NCBI GenBank assembly: GCA_964354035.1
Contig: CAYGYQ010000001.1
Coordinates: 557-64,556 of the forward strand
DNA from: an uncultured Bordetella sp.
Lineage (GTDB): Bacteria; Pseudomonadota; Gammaproteobacteria; Burkholderiales; Casimicrobiaceae
Length of the DNA: 64,000 bases
Direction: 5' to 3'
Part shown: in pieces, positions 36,484 through 47,091 of the stretch
How the letters are laid out: every line of letters starts with the position of its first letter
How positions within the stretch are numbered: position 1 is the first letter of the stretch
The notes under the pieces: generated by a model
Databases searched by the model: none
Told to the model about the DNA's origin: nothing
Seen by the model: the letters and a program-made list of their open reading frames with translations, nothing else
Made by a program: the position numbers and the translations under genes

Positions 36484-37314
36484 ATGGCCATTGCGTTCAT
36501 CGGCGGCGGCAACATGGCGAGCGCGCTCATCGGCGGGATGCTCGCGCGGGGAGGCGTCGTCGACGATTTTCGGGTGGTGGAGCCGCTGGCGGAGGCGCGG
36601 GCGCGGATCGCCGCACGCTTTCCCGGCCTCGCCCTCTTCAGTGACAGCACGCGCGAAGCCGTGGCCGGCACGGCGCTCATCGTTCTCGCGGTGAAGCCGC
36701 AGCAGATGCGGCAGGCCGCGAGCGCCCTCGCGCCGCTTCTCGCCGGCGCAGACGCGCCGGTCGTGCTTTCGATCGCGGCTGGAATCCGCCTCGCCGACCT
36801 CGCGCGCTGGCTGCACGGGCATCCGCGGCTTGTCCGGGCGATGCCGAATACTCCGGCGCTCGTGGGCAAGGGCATCGCCGGCGCCTTTGCCGCGGCCTCC
36901 GTGGACGCCGCGGGGCGCGCACTCGTTGCTTCCGTGCTCGCCGCGGCCGGCGAACAGGTCTGGGTCGAGAACGAAGCAATGCTCGATGCCGTCACCGGCG
37001 TCTCGGGCAGCGGACCGGCGTACGTCTTCTACTTTCTCGAGGCGCTCGAGGCGGCCGCGCGTGATCTGGGCTTTGCTTCGGCTGACGCGCGCAAGCTCGC
37101 CTATGCGACGTTTTCCGGGGCCATCGCCCTGGCCGAAGCGAGCCCGGTGGAGCCCGCGGTGCTCTTGGCGCAGGTGACGTCGAAAGGCGGCACTACCGAG
37201 CGCGCGCTGGCTTCGCTGGAAGCCGACGCGGTGAAGGCGAAGATCGTGGCCGCGGTGAAGGCCGCCGCGCTGCGCGCCGGCGAGCTCGGCGACGCCTTCG
37301 GCCAGGACGTCTGA
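36484..37314 (+). CDS. proC: Pyrroline-5-carboxylate reductase
   Basis: ATG at 36484. IAFIGGGNMASALIGG Rossmann start and a C-terminal VTSKGGTTERAL motif. Confidence 0.9.
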   Translation: MAIAFIGGGNMASALIGGMLARGGVVDDFRVVEPLAEARARIAARFPGLALFSDSTREAVAGTALIVLAVKPQQMRQAASALAPLLAGADAPVVLSIAAGIRLADLARWLHGHPRLVRAMPNTPALVGKGIAGAFAAASVDAAGRALVASVLAAAGEQVWVENEAMLDAVTGVSGSGPAYVFYFLEALEAAARDLGFASADARKLAYATFSGAIALAEASPVEPAVLLAQVTSKGGTTERALASLEADAVKAKIVAAVKAAALRAGELGDAFGQDV

Positions 37315-37316
37315 CG

Positions 37317-37892
37317 ATGTTCGGCCAGGCCCTCCGTTTTCTGGTCGATACCGCGTTCGGGATCGTCACCTACGCCTTGCTGCTGCGCTTCACGATGCAA
37401 TGGCTGCGCGCGCCGTTCCGCAATCCGCTTGGGCAGGCGGTGGTCGCCCTCACGGATTGGGCCGTCAAGCCGGTCCGCCGCATAGTCCCGGGCTACCAGG
37501 GGCTCGACGGTTCCACGCTGCTGCTCGCGTGGGTTGCCGAGTTCGCGTGGCTGGTCACGCTGGAGCTCCTCGCCGGTCGCGGTGCATTCGGTGGCGCGAC
37601 GGCGATCACGCTCGCCCTCCTGGCGGGCGTCGAGCTCGTCAAGGCGACGCTCTGGCTGCTGATCATCGTTGTCTTGGCGCAGGCCATCCTGTCCTGGACC
37701 GCGCCCGACGGTCCTTTCGCCGGCGTGCTCAACGCGCTGACCTTCCGGTTCCTGGCGCCGATCCGACGCCGGATTCCGCCGCTCGGCGGCACGCTCGATC
37801 TGTCGCCGCTGATCCTGATCGTCGCCGTCCAGCTGCTGCTGATGCTCCCCGTGCGCTGGCTCGAGGGCGTTGTCGTGACGCTGTTTCGTTGA
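37317..37892 (+). CDS. yggT: YggT family membrane protein
   Basis: 191 aa, duplicated YGGT-type TM repeats. Conserved position after proC. Confidence 0.8.
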   Translation: MFGQALRFLVDTAFGIVTYALLLRFTMQWLRAPFRNPLGQAVVALTDWAVKPVRRIVPGYQGLDGSTLLLAWVAEFAWLVTLELLAGRGAFGGATAITLALLAGVELVKATLWLLIIVVLAQAILSWTAPDGPFAGVLNALTFRFLAPIRRRIPPLGGTLDLSPLILIVAVQLLLMLPVRWLEGVVVTLFR

Positions 37893-37940
37893 TGGTGCCT
37901 CGCTCGCGCATGAGGTTCCGGAGCCTCGCCTTCACTCCAA

Positions 37941-38291
37941 GTGCCTGCGCCTAGCGTGCCCGACCGCACCCCGCCTGCCTGGCGCCGCGAGGACGGCAAC
38001 GATGTCGTGCTGATGCTGCACGTGCAGCCAGGCGCGAAGCGCACGGAAGTCGCAGGCATCCACGGCGACGGCGCCGCCGCGCGGCTGAAGATCCGGCTTG
38101 GCGCGCCACCGGTGGCGGGCAAGGCCAACGCGGAGTTGCTGCGCTTCCTGGCTATGGCGTTCGGGGTTCCGCAACGTGCGGTGCTCCTGCTGCGCGGGGA
38201 AGCGTCGCGGCAGAAGGCGGTGCGGGTCACGCGACCGGTGCTGCGGCCGGATCGCGACTGGATTTTGGCGCACAGAGCATCAAGCGAATGA
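37941..38291 (+). CDS. DUF167 (YggU) family protein
   Basis: LHVQPGAKRTEVAG...LKIRLGAPPVAGKANAELLRFLA...GEASRQK is the DUF167 pattern. The exact GTG start is uncertain. Confidence 0.75.
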   Translation: MPAPSVPDRTPPAWRREDGNDVVLMLHVQPGAKRTEVAGIHGDGAAARLKIRLGAPPVAGKANAELLRFLAMAFGVPQRAVLLLRGEASRQKAVRVTRPVLRPDRDWILAHRASSE

Positions 38292-39262
38292 ACGAAGCCC
38301 CGATCCCGGCACCCGACAACGCCCGCCTGAGCATTGCCTGCGCGCTGGGGGGCTCGCTGGCGTTTTCGATCAACGACATCACGGTCAAGTCCTTCAGCGG
38401 GACCTTGCCGCTGCATGAGGTCGTGCTGTTTCGCTCTCTCATCGCATTGATCGTTACCGTAGCCGTGTTTGCCCCGGACAAGAGCCTATCCGGGGTATTT
38501 CGAACGCGACGTCTGTCTGCCCATATGTTTCGGGGGTTGTGCGTGGTGGTCTCGAATCTGGCCTACTTCGCCGCCCTGGCCGCACTGCCGCTGGCCGAAA
38601 CATCGGCCATCTTCTTTATTGCGCCTTTGCTGATCACCGCGCTCTCGGCGATCCTGCTGCGCGAACACGTCGGCCCCTGGCGCTGGGCAGCACTCGGGAT
38701 CGGCATGATCGGCGTCTTGTTGATCGTCAAGCCCGGAACGGCTGCTTTTCAGTGGGCCGTGCTGCTCCCCGCCGTGGCGGCGCTCGCCTATGCGGGCATG
38801 CATACGATGACGCGCAAGATGGGTCTGGGCGAATCGGCCGCAACCATGGCCGTCTATATCCAGCTCAACTTCATCGTGGTCTGTCTGGCGATGGGATTGG
38901 CTTTCGGCGGTGGACAGTGGGCCGGCATGGGTCATCCGTCGCTCGAGTTCATCTTTCGCGCCTGGTCCTGGCCTGGACTCCGGGACCTCGTGCTGTTCCT
39001 GCTCGCCGGCGCCTGCAGCGCGGCCGGCGGGTACCTGATGTCGCAGGCCTATCGCAGCAGCGCGGCGGGTCTGGTCGCGCCGTTCGAATACTCCGCGCTG
39101 GTCCTGGCTGTGTTCTGGGGGTTCGCCCTCTGGGGAGAAGTCCCTGGCTATTGGTCGACCGCCGGTATCCTGTTGATCCTCGCGTCGGGCGTATTCGTGG
39201 CCGTGCGCGAAGCCTGGAAAACCGCCCCGGCAGGTGCGGGCCCGTCCTTTCGCCGTCGCTAG
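38288..39262 (+). CDS. DMT-superfamily (EamA-like) transporter
   Basis: 324 aa, about 10 TM helices in two EamA-like halves. ATGA overlap with the preceding gene. Confidence 0.8.
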   Translation: MNEAPIPAPDNARLSIACALGGSLAFSINDITVKSFSGTLPLHEVVLFRSLIALIVTVAVFAPDKSLSGVFRTRRLSAHMFRGLCVVVSNLAYFAALAALPLAETSAIFFIAPLLITALSAILLREHVGPWRWAALGIGMIGVLLIVKPGTAAFQWAVLLPAVAALAYAGMHTMTRKMGLGESAATMAVYIQLNFIVVCLAMGLAFGGGQWAGMGHPSLEFIFRAWSWPGLRDLVLFLLAGACSAAGGYLMSQAYRSSAAGLVAPFEYSALVLAVFWGFALWGEVPGYWSTAGILLILASGVFVAVREAWKTAPAGAGPSFRRR

Positions 39263-39263
39263 C

Positions 39264-40082
39264 TCATCGCTCGCCGTCGCCTTTCCGCTTTTGCGCTTCG
39301 GCAGCATGCTTGCGGGCCGCGAGCGCATTCGCGAGGCGCACGAAATCGGCGACGGCCAGCGTCTCGCCGCGTACGGCCGGGTCGACGCTTGCAGCTTCGA
39401 GGGTCGGGGCATCGCACAGCGCGAAGAGCGCATTGCGCAGCGTCTTTCGCCGCTGGCCGAACGCCGCGGCCACGACCCGTCCGAACAGCGCGACGTCGTC
39501 GATCCGGGGTTTCGCCGCGCCGAGCGGCACGAGGCGCGCGACTGCCGAATCGACATTGGGCACCGGGCGGAACGCGCCCGGAGGCACCGTGAAAAGCCGC
39601 GTCACCCGGAACATCGCCTGCAGCATCACGGACAGCCGGCCGTAATCCGGGGTGGCGGGCAGCGCGGTCATGCGCGCGACCACCTCCCGCTGCAGCATCA
39701 CGTGGATGTCACGGAGTTGGGACTCGAACTGCGCCAGGTGGAACAGCAGTGGCGAGCTGATGTTGTAGGGCAGGTTGCCGACGACGCGCAGCGCCGGACC
39801 CAGTGGCGCAAAATCGAATTCGAGCGCGTCAGCGACGTACAGGGTCAATTGCCCGGGTGGAAACTCGGCGGCAAGCCGTTGCGCGAGGTCGCGGTCGATC
39901 TCGATTGCGACGAGATGCCCGGCACGCCCGATGAGCGGCCGCGTCAGCGCGGCGAGTCCGGGTCCGATCTCGACCAGCGGGTCGCCGGGCTGCGGTGCGA
40001 TGGCATCGACGATCCGCGCGACGTAATGCGGATCGACCAGGAAGTTCTGCCCGAAGCGCCGCCGTGGCGGGTGCTTCTCCAT
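39264..40082 (-). CDS. rsmA: 16S rRNA (adenine1518/1519-N6)-dimethyltransferase RsmA/KsgA
   Basis: PRRRFGQNFLVDPHYVARIV...EIGPGLAALT, the classic KsgA N-terminus. Downstream of pdxA. Confidence 0.92.
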   Translation of the reverse strand: MEKHPPRRRFGQNFLVDPHYVARIVDAIAPQPGDPLVEIGPGLAALTRPLIGRAGHLVAIEIDRDLAQRLAAEFPPGQLTLYVADALEFDFAPLGPALRVVGNLPYNISSPLLFHLAQFESQLRDIHVMLQREVVARMTALPATPDYGRLSVMLQAMFRVTRLFTVPPGAFRPVPNVDSAVARLVPLGAAKPRIDDVALFGRVVAAAFGQRRKTLRNALFALCDAPTLEAASVDPAVRGETLAVADFVRLANALAARKHAAEAQKRKGDGER

Positions 40083-40088
40083 CTTGAT

Positions 40089-41108
40089 TTATTTTCCGTG
40101 CCCGGCCAGCTCGATCGCGAGCTCCACGGCGGCGAACAGGCTGCCGGGATCCACCTTACCCGCCTTGGCCGCGTCGACGGCAAGGTCGAGCGCCGTGCCG
40201 TGATCGACCGACGTGCGAATGAACGGCAGCCCGAGCGTGACGTTGACGCCCTGGCCGAAGCTCGCGGCCTTGAGGACCGGCAATCCCTGATCGTGGTACA
40301 TGGCGACGATCGCGTCGTAGCGACCTGCGAAATCGGGCACGAACACCGTGTCGGCCGGCACCGGGCCAGTCACGTCGTGCCCCGCAGCGCGCGCGGCGGC
40401 GATGGCCGGAGCGATGACGTCGATCTCCTCCCGCCCCAGGTGCCCGCCCTCGCCGGCGTGGGGGTTGAGGCCACAGACCGCGACCCGCGGGGCCGCCAGC
40501 GCGAACTTCGCCCGCAGCTCCGCGGCAACGATGCCGAGCGTCGCTGCGACCGCTTCCCGGGTAATGGCCGCCGGGACATCCTTGAGCGCGAGGTGCGTGG
40601 TGACGAGCGCTACGCGCAGCGGCGAATCGCGCGCACCCCCGACGAGCATCATGACGACGCGTGGCGTGTGGGTGCGCTGCGCAAAGAATTCGGTATGCCC
40701 GGAGAACGGGATGCCGGCGTCCAGCAGCACGCTCTTCTGCGCCGGGGCCGTCACCAGTGCGGCAAACGCGCCGGTGGCGCAGGCGTCCGCCGCGTGCTGG
40801 AGCATCGCCAGAACGCTGTAGGCGTTGGACGGGTCGGGATGTCCCGGCGTCACCGGCGCCGCGATGGGCTGGTGCCAGACTTCGATGGCGCCGCCGGCAG
40901 GCGCGAACGAGGCGCCGTCATAATCGGCGTACCGTGGCGCAAGGCCGATCCGGCGTGCGCGCGCCATCAGTAAGTCGCGGTCACCGATGACGACGAGACG
41001 GGCGGGAAACGGGCGTTCGCGATGGCGCGCCGCGAGCAGCGCGACGAGCTCGGGACCGATGCCCGCGGGCTCGCCGGCGGTGATCGCGATGGTGGAGTTC
41101 CCCGCCAT
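40089..41108 (-). CDS. pdxA: 4-hydroxythreonine-4-phosphate dehydrogenase PdxA
   Basis: ATG at 41108 gives 339 aa: IAITAGEPAGIGPEL...FSGHTEFF...GLNPHAGEGG...MYHDQGL...IRTSVDHGTA. The longer ORF reaching 41975 is a shadow over the GH31 gene. Confidence 0.92.
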   Translation of the reverse strand: MAGNSTIAITAGEPAGIGPELVALLAARHRERPFPARLVVIGDRDLLMARARRIGLAPRYADYDGASFAPAGGAIEVWHQPIAAPVTPGHPDPSNAYSVLAMLQHAADACATGAFAALVTAPAQKSVLLDAGIPFSGHTEFFAQRTHTPRVVMMLVGGARDSPLRVALVTTHLALKDVPAAITREAVAATLGIVAAELRAKFALAAPRVAVCGLNPHAGEGGHLGREEIDVIAPAIAAARAAGHDVTGPVPADTVFVPDFAGRYDAIVAMYHDQGLPVLKAASFGQGVNVTLGLPFIRTSVDHGTALDLAVDAAKAGKVDPGSLFAAVELAIELAGHGK

Positions 41109-43336
41109 TACCCCAGCTTGGCGACGACGATCCCGGCGGCGTCGCCGAAGAGCTCGACCTTCACCTCGGGCGTCGCTCCGATGGCAAACGTGCCGGCGGT
41201 GGCTTCGATGATGTTGGCTTGCAGAAAACCGTGGAACGCCCGCGTTGGCCGGCCGAACACCCAGAGCTGCTCCAGCGGCTTCGCGGCGTCGATCTCGCCG
41301 GTATGCTGGACCGCGAAGCCCATCGGCAACGCGTAGCCTTCGCGCCCGAACACCGGGAACTGGTCCAGGCCGGCCTTGTAGCGCAGCACGCGCTGGCCGG
41401 GAAAGCGCTGGCGCGAAATGAGGTCGTACCACGCGCCGGGCGGCAGCGCGACCTCCACCTCGCCGCCGGGCTGGATCACCGGCGCGACGAGCAGCGTGTC
41501 GCCGCACATGAACTGCGTCTCGTAGCCGCGGGTGAGCGCGTTGCCGGGAAAGGCGAGCGCCATCGCGCGCATCACCGGCATTCCGGTCGCGACCGCCTCG
41601 GCGATCACGCGCTGCAGGTACGGAAGCAGGCGGTAGCGAAACCCGAGCCATTGGCGCGCAATGGCTTCCGTGTCGGCGCCGAACGCCCAGGGCTCGCGCT
41701 CGTCGATGCCGTGCACGCGGATGTGGGAGCTGAACACCATCGCCTGCAGCCAGCGCAGATAGAGTTCCGCCGTCGGTGGCTGCGCGCCGTAGAAGCCGCC
41801 GATGTCCGAACTGTGATACGGCACGCCGCTCATGCCCCAGGAAAGCCCGCCGCGGATCGAGGCGGCGAGACCCTCCCAGTCGCTCTGCGGATCGCCGCCC
41901 CACTGGATCGGATAGCGCTGGCTGCCGGTCCAGCCGGCGCGGCCCCAGACCATCGGCGCCTGATCGGGCCGGCATCGTGCCGTTGCCTCAAAGACGCACT
42001 GGTTGTACAGCAGCGGGTAGACGTTGTGCAGACGCCGGCCGGAATCGCCGTTGAACGCAACGGCGTCGTCGGGAATCTGCTCGCCGAAGTCGGTCTTGAT
42101 CACGTCGACGCCGTCGGCGAACAGCTTGGCGTGCGCGTCGCGCCACCACACGTAGGCGCCGGGGTGCGTGAAGTCGACGATGCCGCTTTCGGGCAGGGGC
42201 GTGGGCACCTTGCCGAAGGGGCTGGCGCCGGGCGTGCTGTCCCAGGCGAAGACGTACGGATCGTGGTCAGCGTTGGTCAGCAGATAGCTGCGCGACGCGA
42301 GGTCGATGAATAATGGCGAGTGAACGGACACATAGGGGTATTCCCAGACGCAGATCCTGAGGTTGTGCGCCTTGATCGCATTGAGCGCGGCGCGCGGATC
42401 CGGAAAACGGTCGGGATCCCATTCGAAATCGAAGCGCGTCTCGGCCTGCCAGGCGGCGCGACCGTCGAGCGTCAGCACATCGCAGGGAAGCCTGTGCGCG
42501 CGGAGTTTCGCGGCCACGGCTGCGGCTTCCTCGGGCGTCTTGTAGTAGGAGCGCGAAATCCACAGGCCCAGGCTCCACAGCGGGACCGACGCCGGGCGGC
42601 CCGTGAGCTGCGTGTAGAGATCGAGGATGATCGCGGGCGTGTCGGCCGCGAAGACGAAGAGGTCCAGCGCCTCGTCGTCGACCTGCAGCACGTACGAGCG
42701 GTGCGACCAGTCCGGGTGCCCGACGCCGTGCGTCACGCCCGCCGGCGTATTGACGAACACGCCCCACGCGCCCTTGCCGGTGCCGGGGCTCCACGCGAAC
42801 GGCGTGTTCTTGTACGACGCGCCGGTGTTCACGCCCTGCGCGTCGACGACCCGTGAGTGGATCAGCTGCCCGCGCTTGTCAAGCGGCCCGAATTTTTCGC
42901 CGAGGCCATACACGGGCTCGCCCGACGTGAGCGCCAGGGCCGCAGTCCACTGCCCGCCCTGGCGGGCGCGGCCGAACGCCGGCAGCCGCGTCGAGCCGCG
43001 AAAATGCTCGTCGGTGATCGACCCGGCAATCGCTGTGCCGCGATGGAGAAGCCGGAAGCGCAAGGGCGCGGCCGCGAGTTCGAGTGTGGTGTCGCCCGCG
43101 GTGAATTTCCAGGCGCCGTCCTCACCCGGCTCGACGGTGCAGGCCTTGGCGCGCCCGACGACGAGGCCATAGTCGGGCTTCGTGCCCGGTCCCGCGCGCA
43201 GCCGGAACACGCCAGGCCCGTAGCAGGTCACTTCGAAGATGTCGCCCGTCGACGTCGCCAGCGACACGCCCGACGCCGAGGTGCCGAGGCTCTGCAGCGC
43301 GTCGAGGCGATGGATCGACGTGGCGTCGAGGGTCAT
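41108..43336 (-). CDS. Glycoside hydrolase family 31 (alpha-xylosidase/alpha-glucosidase, YicI-like)
   Basis: 742 aa with a GH31 catalytic region including DVIKTDFGE (nucleophile context) and WGGDPQSDW. Its stop TAA 41108-41110 shares one base with the pdxA start codon. Confidence 0.85.
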   Translation of the reverse strand: MTLDATSIHRLDALQSLGTSASGVSLATSTGDIFEVTCYGPGVFRLRAGPGTKPDYGLVVGRAKACTVEPGEDGAWKFTAGDTTLELAAAPLRFRLLHRGTAIAGSITDEHFRGSTRLPAFGRARQGGQWTAALALTSGEPVYGLGEKFGPLDKRGQLIHSRVVDAQGVNTGASYKNTPFAWSPGTGKGAWGVFVNTPAGVTHGVGHPDWSHRSYVLQVDDEALDLFVFAADTPAIILDLYTQLTGRPASVPLWSLGLWISRSYYKTPEEAAAVAAKLRAHRLPCDVLTLDGRAAWQAETRFDFEWDPDRFPDPRAALNAIKAHNLRICVWEYPYVSVHSPLFIDLASRSYLLTNADHDPYVFAWDSTPGASPFGKVPTPLPESGIVDFTHPGAYVWWRDAHAKLFADGVDVIKTDFGEQIPDDAVAFNGDSGRRLHNVYPLLYNQCVFEATARCRPDQAPMVWGRAGWTGSQRYPIQWGGDPQSDWEGLAASIRGGLSWGMSGVPYHSSDIGGFYGAQPPTAELYLRWLQAMVFSSHIRVHGIDEREPWAFGADTEAIARQWLGFRYRLLPYLQRVIAEAVATGMPVMRAMALAFPGNALTRGYETQFMCGDTLLVAPVIQPGGEVEVALPPGAWYDLISRQRFPGQRVLRYKAGLDQFPVFGREGYALPMGFAVQHTGEIDAAKPLEQLWVFGRPTRAFHGFLQANIIEATAGTFAIGATPEVKVELFGDAAGIVVAKLG

Positions 43337-43367
43337 GGGTGGCGTCGCCTGCGAGGGAGCGTGAAGT

Positions 43368-44264
43368 TCAGCCAGCGAAGAGGGGCTCGGCCAGTCCGGG
43401 CACGTCCACCGCCATGGCGAAGAGGCCGCCGGACAGCGGCAATCGCGCGAGCTCGTCGGCCTCCCGCATCTGCCGTGCGCTGGTGACGTAAAGAGTCTTC
43501 AGGTCGGGACCGCCGAATGCGCACATGGTCGGGCACATCGCGGGCACCGCGTATTCGGCCAGCACGCGACCGTCGGGCGCAATCCGTTTCACCTTGCCGC
43601 CGCGATAAAGTGCGGTCCAGTAGCAGCCGTCGCGATCGACGGCCGCGCCGTCGGGGCGATCGCCTGCCTCCGTGAAGCGCACCAGCACGCGCGGACGGGA
43701 CGGCGTTCCGGCGGCGGTGTCGTAGGCGTAGCCGTTGACCGTCTGCGTGCTGGTGTCCGTGTGGTACATCGTGCGGCCGTCGGGACTGAAGGCGAGGCCG
43801 TTGCTGATCGTCATTCCGGAGAGTAGCGGTGTCAGCGCGAAGTCGGGATCGAGGCGATAGAGGGCCCCGGTTGCTGCGTCGCGGGACTCGTTCATGCTGC
43901 CGGCGAGCAGGCGGCCCTGCGGGTCGCAGCGACCGTCGTTGAAGCGATGGTGCGCCGGATCGTAGGGCGCGGCGGCGACCTTCCGGTCGAGCGTTCCGTC
44001 CCGCCGGGCGAGCCAGAACCCGCTGCGCAGTGCGACGACGAAGCCGCCGGCGCGGCGCAGCGCGAAACACCCGATCGATTCCGGCATCGCCATGGCCGTG
44101 TTGCGACCGGTTGCCGGATCGAAGCGGTTGAGCGACGGGGCGTTGATGTCGACCCAGTACAGGACCTGCTCGGCCACCGACCAGACGGGGCATTCGCCGA
44201 GGCTCGCGCGAAGGTCGAGGACGCAGCGGAAGGGGGAGGCGACAGCGGACGTGGAGGGGCTCAT
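43368..44264 (-). CDS. SMP-30/gluconolactonase/LRE family protein
   Basis: ATG at 44264. Motifs LGECPVWS...LYWVDI...FNDGRCDPQGR...SNGLAFSPDG...DGAAVDRDGCYW, a six-bladed propeller lactonase pattern. Confidence 0.8.
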   Translation of the reverse strand: MSPSTSAVASPFRCVLDLRASLGECPVWSVAEQVLYWVDINAPSLNRFDPATGRNTAMAMPESIGCFALRRAGGFVVALRSGFWLARRDGTLDRKVAAAPYDPAHHRFNDGRCDPQGRLLAGSMNESRDAATGALYRLDPDFALTPLLSGMTISNGLAFSPDGRTMYHTDTSTQTVNGYAYDTAAGTPSRPRVLVRFTEAGDRPDGAAVDRDGCYWTALYRGGKVKRIAPDGRVLAEYAVPAMCPTMCAFGGPDLKTLYVTSARQMREADELARLPLSGGLFAMAVDVPGLAEPLFAG

Positions 44265-44482
44265 GAAGGTTTTCGCAAACGGACCCGGGGCCCGGCGCGC
44301 GCGCTGGCGGTGATTGACAGGCAGGTCCGCCGGTCTTCTTCCGCGAAGCGATCGCGCCCGCCGCAACGGCATGCACGCGGCGGCCACCGGGAAGCATCAT
44401 ACCGGGTCCCGCAGCGGCGAGGAATTCGCGTGCGGCGCTATCGCTGCCGAGCGGGAATGGGCGCGCGCTGCGCCGGGATACA

Positions 44483-45241
44483 ATGAACATCGCAGGGGGC
44501 CTCGGCGCCACCTGTCGGGTTTGCATGCGTTCCCCCCGCTCATTCGTTGCCTCCCGGGACTTTCGCGAGGGTTTCGCGGAAATGCTGCCCGCGTGCCTCG
44601 GGCTGATCCCGTTCGGCCTGGTCTGCGGCGTCGGCGCGGCCGCGGCCGGCATCGGCTTTGTCGGCGCGCTCGGCATGAGCGCGATCATCTTTTCCGGGGC
44701 CGCGCAAATCCTCGTCGTGCAGCTCTACACGGACGGCGCGCCGGTCGCGGTCGTCGTGCTTACCTGCTTCGTCGCCGGGCTGCGCTTCCTGATGTACAGC
44801 GCCGCGATGGCCCCTTACTTGAGGCCGCTGCCGGCGCGCTGGCAGAACGGGCTCGCGTTCCTGTTGACGGATCAGGCCTTCGCGGCGTCGGTGCGCCGCT
44901 TTTCCGCCACGCACGACCCGCGCGGGGGCGCTCTCCATTTTCTGGGCGGCGGCAGCGCGCTCTGGCTCATGTGGCAGATCACCAATGCCATCGGTTTTCT
45001 TGCGGGACACGTGATCCCGGCTTCGTGGTCGCTCGACTTCGCGGTGCCGCTCTGCTTCATCGGGCTCGTCGCGCCGGTGCTGCGCGAGGTGCCGGTGATC
45101 GTGGCCGCGGTCACTGCGGGCACCTTCGTGCTCGCGCTCGCGGCGCTGCCGATGAAACTCAATCTGATCGTCGCCGGCGTGATCGGCATTCTTGCCGGCA
45201 CGCTCACCGATCTGGCGAGGGAGCGATGGAAGGCGCGCTGA
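44483..45241 (+). CDS. azlC: AzlC-family branched-chain amino acid exporter subunit
   Basis: Polytopic. Motifs GLIPFGLVCGV...SAIIFSGAAQ...RFLMYSAAMAPYL...LTDQAFA. An internal ATG at 44525 is an alternative start. Confidence 0.8.
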   Translation: MNIAGGLGATCRVCMRSPRSFVASRDFREGFAEMLPACLGLIPFGLVCGVGAAAAGIGFVGALGMSAIIFSGAAQILVVQLYTDGAPVAVVVLTCFVAGLRFLMYSAAMAPYLRPLPARWQNGLAFLLTDQAFAASVRRFSATHDPRGGALHFLGGGSALWLMWQITNAIGFLAGHVIPASWSLDFAVPLCFIGLVAPVLREVPVIVAAVTAGTFVLALAALPMKLNLIVAGVIGILAGTLTDLARERWKAR

Positions 45242-45564
45242 ACGTCTGGTTCGTCATCCTTGCGGTCGGTGCGCTCAATTACCTGTCGCGCCTGTCGTTC
45301 ATCGCGGCCTTCGGGCGCCGCTCGATGCCGGCGTGGCTTGCCCGGTCGCTCAAGTTCGTGCCCGCGGCGATGCTCACGGCCCTGGTGCTGCCCATGATCG
45401 TCGCCGTCCCGACCGCCGACGCGACCACGTGGGTGAATCCGCGAGTGCTGGCGGCGATCGCCGCCGCTACCGCTGCCTATTACACCCACAGCACGGTGAA
45501 GACGCTCGCGGTGGGGATGCTGGCGCTCTGGTCGCTGCAATGGCTGGCCGGTGCGTTTGGCTGA
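45226..45564 (+). CDS. azlD: AzlD-family small membrane protein
   Basis: 112 aa, hydrophobic (VWFVILAVGALNYLSRLSFI...). Overlaps the azlC end by 16 nt. The frame lies within track ORF 44314-45564. Confidence 0.75.
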   Translation: MEGALNVWFVILAVGALNYLSRLSFIAAFGRRSMPAWLARSLKFVPAAMLTALVLPMIVAVPTADATTWVNPRVLAAIAAATAAYYTHSTVKTLAVGMLALWSLQWLAGAFG

Positions 45565-45634
45565 CATCGGTGCCGACCCGGGGGCCAGGCTTTCGCCGCA
45601 GCGATTTTCGGCTAACATCGATCTTTTGCCACGG

Positions 45635-46486
<852 letters not shown>

Positions 46487-46488
46487 AC

Positions 46489-47091
46489 ATGGCGTTCGTC
46501 GTGCCCGTGACGCTCGAGGGGCGCCACGTGCGACTGTCGCCGATGACGCCGGAGGGCGCGGACACGCTGGCCGAGGCGCTCGGCATCGCCGCCGCCGACG
46601 GCAGCCTGTGGGAATCGAAAGTGACGGTGATTCCGCGGCCCGAAGAGGCGCGCAGCTACGTCGATCAGGCGCTCTCGGAGCTCGACCGCGGCGTCTCGAT
46701 GCCGTTCGTCACCATCGATCGGGCGAGCGGCAGGGTCGTCGGCAGCACGCGCTACATGAACATCGAGGCGCCGCATCGCCGGCTCGAGATCGGGACGACC
46801 TGGATCGGCAAGTCGTTTCAGCGCACCGCGATCAACACCGAGGCGAAGTACCTGATGCTGAAGCACGCCTTCGAGACGCTGCACTGCATCGCGGTGGACC
46901 TGCGCACGCACGAGAAGAACGTGCAGTCGCGCGCGGCGATCGAGCGGCTCGGGGCGAAGCTCGACGGCATTTTGCGCCATCACCGGATCCTGCCGGACGG
47001 CAGCCTGCGCAATACGGCAACCTATTCCATCATCGATGCCGAGTGGCCCGCGGTGAAGGCGCGGCTGGAAGCGCGGATGGGCACATGCTGA
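46489..47091 (+). CDS. GNAT-family N-acetyltransferase (RimJ/RimL-like)
   Basis: 200 aa. LEGRHVRLSPMTPE...GSTRYMNI...LEIGTTWIGKSFQRTAINTEAKYLML..., an acetyltransferase fold pattern. Starts 2 nt after the MoxR stop. Confidence 0.8.
   Translation: MAFVVPVTLEGRHVRLSPMTPEGADTLAEALGIAAADGSLWESKVTVIPRPEEARSYVDQALSELDRGVSMPFVTIDRASGRVVGSTRYMNIEAPHRRLEIGTTWIGKSFQRTAINTEAKYLMLKHAFETLHCIAVDLRTHEKNVQSRAAIERLGAKLDGILRHHRILPDGSLRNTATYSIIDAEWPAVKARLEARMGTC

Noticed and set aside
40089-41975. 628-aa ORF extending pdxA upstream.
   Set aside because: The extension overlaps the GH31 gene and has no PdxA similarity. ATG 41108 yields a canonical 339-aa PdxA N-terminus (IAITAGEPAGIGPEL).
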